From Octopus sinensis (Eukaryota), in assembly GCF_006345805.1 (NCBI RefSeq), contig NC_042998.1, forward strand, positions 29,636,001 through 29,700,000: DNA of 64,000 bases. Direction: 5' to 3'. Shown piece after piece: positions 15,019-28,609 of the stretch. The first letter of the stretch is position 1; each line of letters begins with the position of its first letter. The notes under the pieces are model-generated. The model had not been told where the DNA came from, ran no database searches, and saw only the letters and a program-made list of their open reading frames with translations. A program made the translations under genes and the position numbers.

Positions 15019-15697
15019 TTAATAATAAAATGAGGTATACTGTTGTGTCTGGGGAGAGTTATTTTCTTTTTGTGCCTTACTGTGACAAAGTGAAATCTGA
15101 ATGTTCATGATTTGTTTTCTTTTTACAACTCAAAGTGTTTTTTCTACAAAATGAAATTTGAAAGTTACAAAAAATGAGTGCACAAATAATTCAAATGTCC
15201 AATAAACACTTTTTTACAACTTTGTCGCAGCATATCTCATTTTACTGCGAGAAATTTCTCTGAAAGAAATCTTTGCGGAAAGGTAAGTAGATTGATTAGA
15301 TATTTCTTTCATTATTTTATCACAGTTTTTTTAACAACAAATTTCTGTGAGATTTGACTGTTATTTCTAGCATGTGGATAGCCTGCTTGAAGTCTGTAGA
15401 ATCGGGAGAGGAGGGTGTTAGGGTAATTTTTTTTTAAAATTAAAATTTTACCAACCCTTTTTTTTTCAGAATCTTAATCTCAGTATTTTTCTACGTATTC
15501 TGCCCACCGCCCACAAAAAAATTTCTAAAAACAGTGAAAAATGAAGTAATATTGAAGTTGCGATTTTCACCGATTTTCTTTTTCAGAATCGGAATATCCA
15601 TAGCCAAAAACGTGGGTTTCTTTAAAAGAAACATTTTTTAAAAATGGGGGGAACGGTTGGGTTACGTCTCCGCCATGTGCGCCTATATATATATATA

Positions 15698-17193
15698 TAG
15701 TGAATTGAAGAAATGGAGTTGAACGAAGATTGAACAGAAATCGTTTTATTGCATTCTACACGTGTTTCGAAAGGCACAATTTACCAAATTCCGATTGAAT
15801 AAGGAGACCATATTGTGTCTTTCTCTTCAGGAAGAAATAGGAAATCCGTTGGAAAAAACAAAAACAGAACAGAGGCGGAGCAAAACAAATCGAACGAGGC
15901 TCCTAAGAGCCCATGGCCAAACTGTTTATGAATGTATGTTGAAAACGGGTGGTGGGTGCGTTGAAGATTTTAACGGGTCAGGCAGCGGTCATTCCAGTGG
16001 GTGAGAGCACGGGGTGCTTAGATGTTCTTTGTGACCGAGACTAAAGTTCTGACTATTTAAAGAATATTAGGTGTATTATATGGGGCGAGGCAAAATCTAC
16101 TTAGAAACATGTGTGTGTGTACGTAAACAGCCCTACACAATGGTCACTGCTGTAAAATCAGTAATGGTCACTGCTGTAAAGTCAGTCGGGTGGCAGAAAA
16201 ATATTTTATGTGTGCGTGTGTTCGTCTAATCATGCCTTGTCAAAGAAACCCCCCGTCGTCAAAAACAAACCACCATTCGTCTCCCAGGAGTAATTCCCCT
16301 TGCAATGGTTAATCATATTTCTCTTAAAAGCTATTTCAGAATTTATTTCCAAGGGCTATTTTCATATAAGTAGTGTAACCGGGTGCAGGTATTATTTATA
16401 AGCGTTATTTATAAGCAAGATAAGTATAACGCCGCCAATGGGGGCATCGAAAAGCCGACTGTAAAAGTCCGTTTACCATCCGGTCTCTGGCGAACAATAT
16501 ATGGAAGAGTTCGGAGACACACTTCCATCTGCCCCTGTCAAATGGGAGGGCCACCGACAAAATTGACCATTCCAGCTTGAGTTCGTATTCTTCAATCGCC
16601 ATATTAGCTTGCTAAGTCCCGTGGTCTGGCATTTATTCACGTCTCGAAAAGTTGCGTAATGGTTGGAGATTCGTGAGGCCAATCTTGACGATGAGGCCCC
16701 GACATAAGCGTAGACATCTGAGTCCGTGTAAACCTTACATTGGTAGACGGCGTTTCTGATCTTGGAGTTCACCGACGTGAACCTTATTCTATTAGGATTA
16801 GTTTCTGAAATTAGAACTGCGTTACTGTTACTATATTTGTTGCGAGAACTGCAGCCGCTTACTACTTTATTTTCCACTACGTCACTATTAACTAACGGAA
16901 TAACCCCTGAATCTACACTATCACTCAGAGTGCTGTCATTGCTAGTGCCCGTGGTGCTGCTATTGCCGGAAACGATGCTGGAGTTGCTATTGGGACTCTC
17001 TACCCTAACGGGCCGAGCTGCCCTCACCTCACTACTGCCATCGTTACCGTCAATGACATCACCCTTATTTATAACTATACCCCTAGTATCTAATCCCTGG
17101 TTGGAGCTGAGATTATGAGTCACTGTACTGGCTCTCATATCATTATTACTACTATTATTATTCCTACTGAGCGTTAAACCGGGAGCGGAAGAA
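15698..17193 (-). repeat. Inverted arm of the PLE (copy of 18615-20118)
   Basis: Mirror ORFs in the track (16473..17138 vs 18439..19334; 15762..16004 vs 19803..20045). Only a few substitutions and indels are visible between the arms. Confidence 0.97.
15754..15833 (-). ncRNA. Same minimal hammerhead ribozyme in the inverted arm
   Basis: Reverse complement of 19974-20053. Confidence 0.85.
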
Positions 17194-18600
17194 CTTGGAA
17201 GTTAAGGAGATAATGTTTAAACACGGAATTCAAATGAGAACGCAGCCGCTTAGTCCTAAGCAACCTAGATTTGTAGTGAAGGACCATAAACCGAACTTCC
17301 ACACCAACCCAGCGCTAAGACTCATATGCCCTGCTAGCTCTGATATCGGGATAATCAGTAAGTACATTTTAGATAAATATATCCCTAGTTTAGTAAACAA
17401 GCTGAAGCTCAGCCTCTGGGCCAACTCCTCGCAGGTAGTGAAGTGGTTCTCTTCCATCCCCAATAAGAACGGTACTAGGTTCATTCAGTTTGATATCGCC
17501 AGCTTCTACCCCTCGATTAACCCTAGTGTACTAAATAAGGCCCTTTGGCATGCCCACAACAAGGCTGGCCTCACCAGAGAAGAAATAGATATAATTTTAG
17601 TTGCCAGGAAATCGTTTATTAAGTTTGATAATAAGTTGTGGATCCGTAAAGATACTCCCAATGAATTTGATGTGCCTATGGGTAGTTCGGATAGTGCGCA
17701 GATAGCCGATTTGGTCGGAATATATATTCTCTACGAATTGTCCGACCAGTTCCCGGAGATCGCGGGCGGCCTGTATCGTGACGATTGTCTGTTTTACCTG
17801 CAAAACACCACGAACAGAATAGTGCAGAAAACTAAGAGCAGGTTAGCTAGGTTTTTTAATAGAATGGGCATGAATATAGTTTTTGATAATGAACTCACCA
17901 AGGCTAATTTCCTAGACGTTACACTTAACCTTAATAGCGACTCATACTGCCCTTACCATAAGCCTTCCACTAATTTGAAGTATGTCAGTGTCTTCTCCAA
18001 TCATGCCAAAACCGTAACAGACAATTTGGTTAAAAACATCTCTCTAAGATTGTCTGGCTTGTCCGCTAGTGCCGATATTTTTATGCAGAAAGCGGAATTT
18101 TATAACGCCGCACTATCCAAGGCCGGTTATAGGCAGAAGGTAATTTGTATTGATCCGGCCCTTCCGATGCCATCATTCGGTCATCAGGATAGGGCCGTCT
18201 ATAATAACATTAATAATTTAAGTAGTGACGGGAGCGCGGCTGGTGCTGGGGCAGTCGCTCCCGCATTTAATTTAGCGAACAAGGATAATTATCGGTCCGG
18301 GGGATCTCACCCGTTATTCATCCGAGAATCACCCACCCGAATGCGAGAGCTAGCGTCCCGACCCATCACATAAATAGGAATAATCATATATGGTTTGTAA
18401 TTCCCTTTGGTAAGCAGATTAGAACTAACCTCCCCCTCATGTTTCGACAGGCCATCGCCAATAACTTCCCCAGAAATTCCAAATATTACTCCACGGTTAA
18501 CTCGCATAAAGTTAGGATAGCTTTCTCCAACACTAAAAACCTCGCCCAGATAATCGCCTCCCATAATAATAGACTGCTTACTAAGACCCTATCACCTTTT
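17194..18600 (+). pseudogene. PLE reverse transcriptase (5'-truncated, one frameshift between about 18271 and 18370)
   Basis: Motifs KDHKPNF..P..RLICP, FIQFDIASFYPSI, VPMGSSDSAQIADLVG, GLYRDD, NFLDVTL, SNH. The thumb continues in another frame as HIWFVIPFG...KVRIAFSNTKNLAQIIASHN. Confidence 0.92.
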
Positions 18601-18929
18601 TCCGGAGGCTCAGCTTCTTCCGCTCCCGGTTTAACGCTCAGTAGGAATAATAATAGTAGTAATAATGATATGAGAGCCAGTACAGTGACTCATAATCTCA
18701 GCTCCAACCAGGGATTAGATACTAGGGGTATAGTTATAAATAAGGGTGATGTCATTGACGGTAACGATGGCAGTAGTGAGGTGAGGGCAGCTCGGCCCGT
18801 TAGGGTAGAGAGTCCCAATAGCAACTCCAGCATCGTTTCCGGCAATAGCAGCACCACGGGCACTAGCAATGACAGCACTCTGAGTGATAGTGTAGATTCA
18901 GGGGTATTCCGTTAGTTAATAGTGACGTA

Positions 18930-19402
18930 GTGGAAAATAAAGTAGTAAGCGGCTGCAGTTCTCGCAACAAATATAGTAACAGTAACGCAGTTCTAATTTC
19001 AGAAACTAATCCTAATAGAATAAGGTTCACGTCGGTGAACTCCAAGATCAGAAACGCCGTCTACCAATGTAAGGTTTACACGGACTCAGATGTCTACGCT
19101 TATGTCGGGGCCTCATCGTCAAGATTGGCCTCACGAATCTCCAACCATTACGCAACTTTTCGAGACGTGAATAAATGCCAGACCACGGGACTTAGCAAGC
19201 TAATATGGCGATTGAAGAATACGAACTCAAGCTGGAATGGTCAATTTTGTCGGTGGCCCTCCCATTTGACAGGGGCAGAAGGAAGTGTGTCTCCGAACTC
19301 TTCCATATATTGTTCGCCAGAGACCGGATGGTAAACGGACTTTTACAGTCGGCTTTTCGATGCCCCCATTGGCGGCGTTATACTTATCTTGCTTATAAAT
19401 AA
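18930..19402 (+). pseudogene. PLE GIY-YIG endonuclease domain (frameshifted near 19220)
   Basis: AVYQCKV...YAYVGASS..LASRISNH...T.LSKLIWRLK, then in the next frame LEWSIL...C.SE...RCPH. A mirror copy lies at 16405-16880 on the minus strand. Confidence 0.85.
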
Positions 19403-19973
19403 CGCTTATAAATAATACCTGCACCCGGTTACACTACTTATATGAAAATAGCCCTTGGAAATAAATTCTGAAATAGCTTTTAAGAGAAATATGATTAACC
19501 ATTGCAAGGAGAATTACTCCTGGGAGACGAATGGTGGTTTGTTTTTGACGACGGGGGGTTTCTTTGACAAGGCATGATTAGACGAACACACGCACACATA
19601 AAATATTTTTCTGCCACCCGACTGATTTTACAGCAGTGACCATTACTGATTTTACAGCAGTGACCATTGTGTAGGGCTGTTTACGTACACACACACATGT
19701 TTCTAAGTAGATTTTGCCTCGCCCCATATAATACACCTAATATTCTTTAAATAGTCAGAACTTTAGTCTCGGTCACAAAGAACATCTAAGCACCCCGTGC
19801 TCTCACCCACTGGAATGACCGCTGCCTGACCCGTTAAAATCTTCAACGCACCCACCACCCGTTTTCAACATACATTCATAAACAGTTTGGCCATGGGCTC
19901 TTAGGAGCCTCGTTCGATTTGTTTTGCTCCGCCTCTGTTCTGTTTTTGTTTTTTCCAACGGATTTCCTATTTC

Positions 19974-20053
19974 TTCCTGAAGAGAAAGACACAATATGGT
20001 CTCCTTATTCAATCGGAATTTGGTAAATTGTGCCTTTCGAAACACGTGTAGAA
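19974..20053 (+). ncRNA. Minimal type I hammerhead ribozyme of the PLE
   Basis: ttc-CTGAAGA-gaaagacacaat...attgtgcctttc-GAAA-CACGTG-TA-gaa. 3-bp stem I, ~12-bp stem II, palindromic stem III. Predicted cut after 20050. Confidence 0.85.
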
Positions 20054-20272
20054 TGCAATAAAACGATTTCTGTTCAATCTTCGTTCAACTCCATTTCTTC
20101 AATTTCTTCAATTCACTAATAATATTAAAATTCAATTATCCGCACCAACGCACGGTTGCAACACCATAGGGTTGTACCTCCAACCGTTCTGTCTTCTGCT
20201 GTGATTTTTGCTACCAAGGTATCGGTTAAACTTTTGATTAATCTGCAACAAGTTTATTCATCTTTCTATTTC

Positions 20273-20317
<45 letters not shown>

Positions 20318-20642
20318 GGATCATGTGACCCACCAGGCTATCAGATGTTGCTACTTATCGTTGGTCACAATGCCCTTCGCATTGTTTTAGCCTTCAAATG
20401 ACGCCACCTCGCTAGCTAAGCGAGCAGTCCGACAGAAGAAAGAGTGCGAGAACGATGTGGTGAAAGAATATAGCAGGGTTCGCGACCATCCCCAGTCGGG
20501 GCCTCTGGAACTTTAGGTGTTTTCCCTCAATAAACACTCACAACGCCCGGTCTGGGAATCGAAATTGCGATTCTACGACCGCGAGTCCGCTGCCCTAACC
20601 ACACACACATATATATATATGTGTGCGTGTGAGTGTGTGTGT

Positions 20643-20717
<75 letters not shown>

Positions 20718-20734
20718 TAGGTAGATGTATATAT

Positions 20735-20768
<34 letters not shown>

Positions 20769-22640
20769 GGGTAAGTATGTATGTCTGCATGCATACATGT
20801 ATTTGTGTGTGAGAGAGTACATTAGAGTTGCATGCATGTTTGAGGATGATTGGCAGTTATTATTTCACCTTTTTTATTCGCCGTCTGCGTGTTCTTAGTT
20901 TGTATCCAAAACAAACAAATAGAATTAGAGCCAAACAATAAGCGAATGAAAAGAAGAAATTACAATTTTTAATACGTTTTTAGTGGTTCTGATGATTTAA
21001 GAAAAAGAAAATCATTGTTTGAAATAAAACGGACCGATTATATCCGTTTACAGTCGACTGCCTCGCGTAGTTTCAATGAGAATAGATGAATGGAAACCCT
21101 TCTGTCATTCAGCCAAAATCTCATCTATCTATAGAACCAGAAATTTGTGGAAATAACGAAAACAATACATTGATCGCACTGGTTGTACCTTTCGGAATCT
21201 GCGTGAAGAGTGCAATTCCTGAAGTGTAAATGTGTCACTTTTGGAATATTTATCGCCTTCCAAAATTTCCACTAACAATATTAATCACAGTTTTAAAACT
21301 GATGCGTGATAAATTGTTCAGAGGCTGGAGAAGCAAAGCGCTAGATTTGCAGTTCTAAATGGCAAACTAATTTTTCATGATCCCGTTTTTGTTTAGAGTT
21401 CAAATGCTTCGAAGGTTGAGGCTGTTTATCAACTCTTCTCTGTGCATATCTTAAGGACCAGCCACGTTGGCTCCATCAACTATACACGCACACACTAGAA
21501 ATCTTGGCCTTCTGCCCATTCACAAAATATAGAAAATAAAAACCACCTCCAAGTCCGTGAAGTAACAAAAGCGATGAAATGCTAAGCTACATATATCTCC
21601 ATTTTCCCGGTCATTTTAATATCACCAAAGCTAACCTGATCGTTTGTCCTCTCCGCAAACAAAAACGGCATCAGCTGCGTATGTTCAACGAATTATGTAC
21701 ATGCTTAACAAATGTGGAACAACATATACGGACTATTTCAGAAATTGGCATCATCATTCATAATAAAAAGCAACATTTCTTTCTTTGTTGTTGAAGTTTG
21801 TCAATGAACTCTGGGGAAAATGTCAGAAGGCGCAATTCATCTCCTCCCGAGAACATTGGAGAAAAACTGTCTTGTGTGGTGTGAAGATGTGTGGGATGAA
21901 GGAACAAACTGGTTATTGTAACGTTACATTGTATTAACCACAGTGGTAGATATATATTACGAATAAAATCGATCAACTGACGACTCACACTAAAGTCGTT
22001 TGTGGTTCGTGTATGCGTGTGAGCGAGGGAAAGACAGGGAGAGAGAGCGCGAGTGGGAGGAGAGAGAGAGAGAAAGAGCAAAAATGGCTGAAAAACTTTT
22101 TGCAATGGCGCCCAAGTGGGTTTGTGGTATAAGCCAAAAAGTTTCAATTAAGTGAATATTTCCCGTTTAACGATGAGAACCATCACTACCTTAAGAATTT
22201 ATTCTGATCAGGAAAGAAAGAGGAGAGAACTCAGAAATTGTAATGGAATATAATCAAGTATAAACTCTAGCGGGAAGTAATTTTGTTGCGTCTCAGCAAG
22301 GTTATAATTCCGAGCTATTTTTCGGTTTCATTAGATCTTCTTAGTGACGTAGATGCTAAACGTTATTATAAACATGAGAATGATCGGAGAACTGTGTAAG
22401 ATATTCGTGAAAGAGAGGTGCAATTATGTAAGAGAATGACTATAGAAACGTACCTACCGAAGTCTGATGCGCAAACAATAGTGAAGTGGTCGTTAGCAAA
22501 CGTGATACCATCGCATGGAAAGACCCACAAAAATTTTAATCAAAATTCAAACTTTCGTTATAAGAAAAGTCATTATCTGAATGACTGAAAGGGAAAATAC
22601 ACACACACACACACACACATGTGTATATATAGATATATAT

Positions 22641-22696
<56 letters not shown>

Positions 22697-23175
22697 AGGC
22701 ACATGGCTAAGTGGTTAGAGCAGCGGACTCGAGGTCGAGGGATCGCGGGTTCGAATCTCAGACCGGACGGTGTGTGTGTGTGTGTGTTTATGAGCGAAAC
22801 ACCTAAGCTCCACGCGGCTCCGGCTGAAAGTAATGGCGAACTTTTGCTGACTCTTTCGCCACAACTTTCTCTCACTCTTTCCTCCTGCATCTTGCAGCAT
22901 ACTTCTGTCGGACCGACGCCCCATCCATGTGGGGCAACCTATACGCTAAGGAAACCGGGAAACCGACCCTAATGAGCCAGGCGTGGTTCGAGAACGAACA
23001 ATATATAGATATATATATATTTCGATAGGTGAATGAATTATCCTACGTTTACCGTCAACATAGAAAATTCGATGAACCGATACCAGTGTAGCAAATTCAC
23101 GTCAGAAACACGGTTGAAGCGACCTGTCGAGAGTAAAGGAATTTTGTTAACATCTTCGTTCAACTCCATTTATAT

Positions 23176-23207
<32 letters not shown>

Positions 23208-24119
23208 CGTGCGTATATATTGATAAAAAAATTGCACAGGTAACACACGTAAAATTTAAAATGTAACCAAAGAACAGTGATCTATGCAGAGTCAGACAAG
23301 GGAAAGCCAATGCTCAAAGGATCTTAGATTAATAAAACCAAAGAATGAAACAATAGCACAGAAGCTCTATGTAACGAAACACAGCAGATTCTAACATTTC
23401 AGGCAATAAACTTCCATCTAAGAGAAAAGAAGAGAATAGGCGCAAAAAATCTAGGCGTAAGAGATAAAGGAACAATTTATTTATATCAAAAACGAGGTCT
23501 ATTCACGGGTAGTTTCAGGTAAAATGAAAGCTTGAGATGCCTTTTTTTTCTATTAAAGGTGGATGAATTCAATAGTCAATATTTCTTCCAAGAAAATTTC
23601 AACAATGGCAACGCTGAGAAAGAATATATCTAGATAAATTTGGAATGGATTTAGAACTATTAAGATTAAGAACAAAGACAAATGATGAAGAAATGAATAT
23701 AGAATTATTTAAGAAACTTGAAGGGTTTTTTTTATAGATATGGATTTTGAATAGTTCAATAGGGTGAGTTAGAATTCTTTTATTTTAGTTTGGAATCCAT
23801 AATCATAGAATGATTTGATTGTAGTAATGTGTTTTGGATGTGATATGATATTTCGGAATACGTACGTAATAACAACTTCTGAAAGAACTTGATTATGCTA
23901 ATCTGTTTTTCAATGCTTATTTTATTTCGGAATTACTTTACTGTAAGAATAAACTTTGGGATTAATTCGCTGAAATATAAAAGGAAAAACGCATTTTCTT
24001 TTTTTCTTTTCTTTTTTTTTTGCCATATCGCTTGAATTGTGTGGAATATATTTACCATTTCTTTCTCTCTTTCTTTCTTTCACTTTCTCACTTTCCCTCT
24101 CTTTCTCTCTGTCTGTATT

Positions 24120-24211
<92 letters not shown>

Positions 24212-24451
24212 CATATAAAAGTAAATAAATGGCACAACGAAGCACTGATATTTACTGGAAAATAGCGAACGTAATAAATACGACGCTAATGTATAGCTTC
24301 ACTGCGTATGTACTAGTAAAGATGCGTGTGTGCAACAAACATGAAAAAAATTGTCTTACCTCTAGGAAGAACATCGGAAAATGAAAATCCTACATGGTAA
24401 ACAAAACGGCATTGTCATTGTGTTTACTATGTAGGCAGTCATCGAAATTTC

Positions 24452-24531
24452 TTTCCTGGTGAGAAGATTGCATCATACACCCTTTATTCCTTTGGAATGA
24501 AACCATGTGGTCTTCGAAACATATGTCGAGA
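24452..24531 (+). ncRNA. Hammerhead-like motif (A6G) in a PLE 3'-end remnant
   Basis: tttc-CTGGTGA-gaagattgcat...atgtggtcttc-GAAA-CATATG-TC-gaga. The downstream tcttcgttcgactcaatt resembles the PLE terminus at ~20078 and is followed by (TA)n. Confidence 0.65.
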
Positions 24532-24574
24532 GTAAAGGAATTTTGTTAACATCTTCGTTCGACTCAATTCTTTC

Positions 24575-24618
<44 letters not shown>

Positions 24619-24629
24619 TATTCTAGTAA

Positions 24630-26310
24630 CATACTTATGATAGGAGACTTTAATATACCCTGTATTGATTGGTCTACAAAGGGATTGAAACCAGGCACTA
24701 CCACCTCAACTGCTGAGTGACAAAGAAACAGTAGAATCACTTCTCGACTTTAAGAGTTTTTCTTGTCCCAACTTGTCCTTGCACCAACAAAATACCAGAA
24801 CATTTTAGACCTTGTGTCTAGTAACCACACTAACACTATACATAATATTACAGTGGAAAAAACACTTTTTTTTACCATAACATGGTTCTCTGTAACCTGA
24901 GATTCCACCAGCCGAAAGCTAACCCTAGTGACCTCTCTCCAGCCCACCCATTTGATAACATGGATATTATAATGCCGACTGGGACACAATCATGAACGAG
25001 CTATCTCAATACGACTGATCTTTCACACATGCACACACCTCCTCCAGCATCAAAATATCTTGGCAGATATTTATAGACTGTCACAAACATATGTGCAAAA
25101 TACACCCAAACAAGACCAGTGATCATCTACTTTGGTTTTAGCAAGGGATTTGACAGGGTTGATCATAAGATTTTCTTGAAAAACTATCCGACATTGGTAT
25201 CTCTGGAAATTTACTACAATGGATCAAGTGTTTCCTGAAAAATACGTTGTAGTCGAAGGGGTAAAATCAAGCACAGCCAAAGTCAGTAGTGGTTTTCCAC
25301 AAGGCACTGAGTTGGGCCCACTTCTTTTCATCATCTATATCAATGACATGACTGACATCATCAAGAACAGTAACATAAAAATCTTTGCAGATGATTCCAA
25401 GATCCAGAAGGTCATCAATGAAGTGGGTGACCGGACATACCTTCAATCAGATCTTCAATCGGCTGTCATCCAGTGGGCGGAAAAGAACAATATACTGCTG
25501 AATGGGAACTAATTTGATTTAATCCTCTTCGGAAAAGAGGATACCCCGAAACACTCATACTCCCTTCTTTCAGGTGAAACTCTCAGCAGAAACTTCGGAG
25601 TAATTGTGGACAACAACATAAGCTGGGCCGCTCATATAAACAGCAAAGTTGACATGGCCCGCAGACTGTCTTCCTGGATTCTCAGAACTTACCAATCGGG
25701 TGATATCCACATCATTATCCTTCACTTCTCCAATTTTTGCCCAACCACTACCTCGAATACTGTTGTCCACTGTTGTCTCCCCACATGAAGCACCTCAAAG
25801 GTCAATTACAAAAATGATAGATGGCATGACAGGTCTTGACTATTGGGTTCGACTAGAAAAGCTCAAACTTTATTCCCTCCAACGCCGCCGTGAACGCTAC
25901 ATCATCTGCATGATGTGGAAAATATTCCATCAGCATTGCCCAAATGATGTTGGCATCACATTTAAGATGCACCCAAGGCTTGGGCCTCGTGCTATCCGTC
26001 TACAACATAAATCACACTCGCATCTCATAACAACAAGACGGCACAATTATTTCACCTGAATTGGCTCCGTTGTCTTTGACATTACACCAAAGCACATTAG
26101 AGCAGAGACTCCATAAAGTTCAAGAAGTCCTTTGACAAATTCCTTCAAGAAATCCCAGATAAACCTCCTACAGCAGGATATGTCTCAGTAAACAATAACT
26201 CTCTAATTGAATGGGCCATGCTGTGCGATTCCTGATTTGAATGACTTTGCCAGATGGTGCTATTAAGTTAGACATGACCTGGGCCAATATTGGCCGAAAC
26301 CTATCAAAGT
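24630..26310 (+). mobile_element. CR1-group LINE remnant (APE end plus RT)
   Basis: NILDLV, FSKGFDRVDH, SGFPQGTELGPLLFIIYIND...IFADDSK, YWVRLEKLKLYSLQRRRERY. Frameshifted. Confidence 0.85.
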
Positions 26311-28140
26311 ATCATGAATGATTGTGAGCGTGTACATATGTATACTTGAAGGTATATGTTGACCCACACGATTGCGCACGTGCACAGGTGCACGCACACA
26401 TATGCACATACTTCATTCTCGCAAATAAGCTTCCTCGTTTTAGATGTAATATTTTTTCCTGAAATATTCGCTTACAAATAATATTAAATCTATAACTTAT
26501 TACTAATACACGTGTATATGCCAGTGTATTTATGTAAGTATGTATGTGTGTCTGTGTATGTTATACGAGTTTAAATATATTATATTGATCCGTGTTGCGT
26601 TTCCTTTCATCTTAGCTCTGTTAGCTATTTCAATAATTCTTTTCTATCCAATAAACTAAATCAATAAAGAGAGAAATATAACCAACAAATGGAAATTGGG
26701 AATTTCCGTTTCCTTCGTTGACCATCATTTAGTTGTAGGCATTTTTCATGGTGTACTATTAAACTCCACCGTAAGCAATGCACTTTCTTACTAATATACG
26801 AGAACGTACACTTCAATGGGCTTATCAGTTGCAGGAAAGGTAGCACTACGCATTAAATGCCTAAGTGTATTTTGTTACATCTCTTCATATCTTGAACTCA
26901 AATACTATTAAGAACGACCCCAGCTCTTTCGTCCTTATTGAAAAGATAGAATAAATAGCGACGCGTTAATCGACTCTATTTGCCACAACTTTTTTCTCGT
27001 TTCGTGCATGGTTGCGGAGAATTAAGAACTTGAGTTTCTATTGACCTTTTCCTCAAAATTTTATTCCACTGGATCATAGGAATTTGCAAGGAGACACACA
27101 ATGAGGGCGGCGGGCTGGTAGAAACGTTAGCACGCCGTCGCTACATTCTGAGTTCAAATTCCACTGAGGTCGACTTTGTCTTTCGGGCTTCGATAGATTA
27201 AGCACCGGTTGTGTAATGGGGTCGATTTAATCGACTGCCTCTCCACCAAAAATATCTGGCCTTGTGCCTAAAGTAGAAAAGAATATTTTGGAGCATTCGC
27301 ATTAACTAGGAGGCAGGATAAGCCAAAAGAAACTTGACACCTTTTTTCCACTTGTACCCTGCTTCTCATCAGTTTAGCACGGCACTACAGATACCGATAG
27401 CAGAATCCATTCCGTCTCATGCATTCAGTCCTAGTCTCTAGTTAGAGGTTATTTTTCTCCTTCATTCTCTCATCAACCATACTCGGAGGCCCTGTAAAGG
27501 GTCATGGACTCTCCGTCTTTTGAGACTAAAAGAAAAAGAAAGACTTAAGAAAGCAATAGTGGTGATTTATGTTAAGTAAACCCTATCAAAGTAGAATACA
27601 ATGGAACAGTTTCTTTCCCCATACATTTTTTTACGATTATACGTTTTAGCTGAAGCATAATTTGTCAGAATGATAAGGGCACAAGGCTTCGAGCTGGCAG
27701 AAACGTTAGCGCGCTTGACGAAATGCTTAACGGTATTTCGCTACGTTCTGAGTTCAAATTTCGCCGAGGTCGACTTCGCCTTTCATCCTTTCGGGGTCGA
27801 TGAATTAAGTACCAGTTGCGTACTGGAGTCAATCAAATCGACTGGCCCCCTCCCCCAAACATTTCGGGCCTTGTGCCTAGAGTAGAAAAGAATGATAAGG
27901 GCACATTTTTTTTTAGTATCATTCGCTCTCGTCCTTTTTCATAACACTTACCTCTCATTCTATCTCAATTTTTACGCATGTTTAAAAAAGGAAATTATTT
28001 TTCCTAAAACGCATTTGTATAATAATTATTTTTAAACGTAGTTCCTCTTAGACGTATACGACAAGATTGGAAATCAAACTGCATACAAGCGACCTTAAGT
28101 GCTTTGTGTTCTTATAACAAATAACGAATTTATAACATAA

Positions 28141-28533
28141 CTAGCAGTATCGCCCGGCGTTGCTCGGGTTTGTTTGGACCCTTTACAATTGGAATTTTTG
28201 AAAAGTAAAAATTTTGCATTATGTAGCTAATTATTCTCTTTAAGTGAATATTTTTCCGATTGAAATACACCGAAAAATGACGACACAGCAGTCAAAAAAT
28301 CGTAAAAAATAGAGATTTTGATAGAAAAAAAGCACCTTTTAGATGTAAATAATTTTTGGTGTTAACATGGTCCGATTTGAATTTTATTTTCTACGGAAGG
28401 AGGAGCAAGCCTTCTTCTATCATATTTTCAATTTTGGTCAACTTGCGCCGCAGGGTCTCGGAGGAGATAGTGTTAGTTGAAGGCTACCAGACCTGCCATA
28501 CACAGACAACTTCAGCTTTAATATAGAGAAAGA
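28141..28533 (-). mobile_element. Non-autonomous Helitron
   Basis: On the minus strand A|TC...cccgagcaacgccggg hairpin...CTAG|T with no TSD. Homologous to 44453-44845 and 57455-57800. Confidence 0.8.
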
Positions 28534-28609
28534 TTAAGCTTAATGAACATATGCATTAACAATGTATTGTAATTGAACTCTGTTACAGTCTATGGTAGTT
28601 ACACTACAT

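Larger units (their letters stand above)
15698..20276 (+). mobile_element. Penelope-like retroelement (PLE), 5'-truncated with inverted 5' arm, C-terminal GIY-YIG type (possibly Hydra clade)
   Basis: RT followed by GIY-YIG endonuclease. 15698-17193 is the near-identical reverse complement of 18615-20118. Flanked by (TA)n on both sides, with an HHR near the 3' end. Confidence 0.92.

Noticed and set aside
16762-17118. Leu-rich membrane-like ORF (and 18690..19045)
   Set aside because: Antisense shadow of the Ser/Asn-rich PLE linker.
17194-19402. Naiad-type selenoprotein-coding PLE
   Set aside because: The endonuclease is C-terminal and an HHR is present. The ORF breaks are frameshifts, not in-frame TGA at Cys positions.
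22693-22770. tRNA-Arg-like gene (also 56935, 33058)
   Set aside because: These are SINE heads continuing into SINE bodies, with no proper acceptor stem or terminator.
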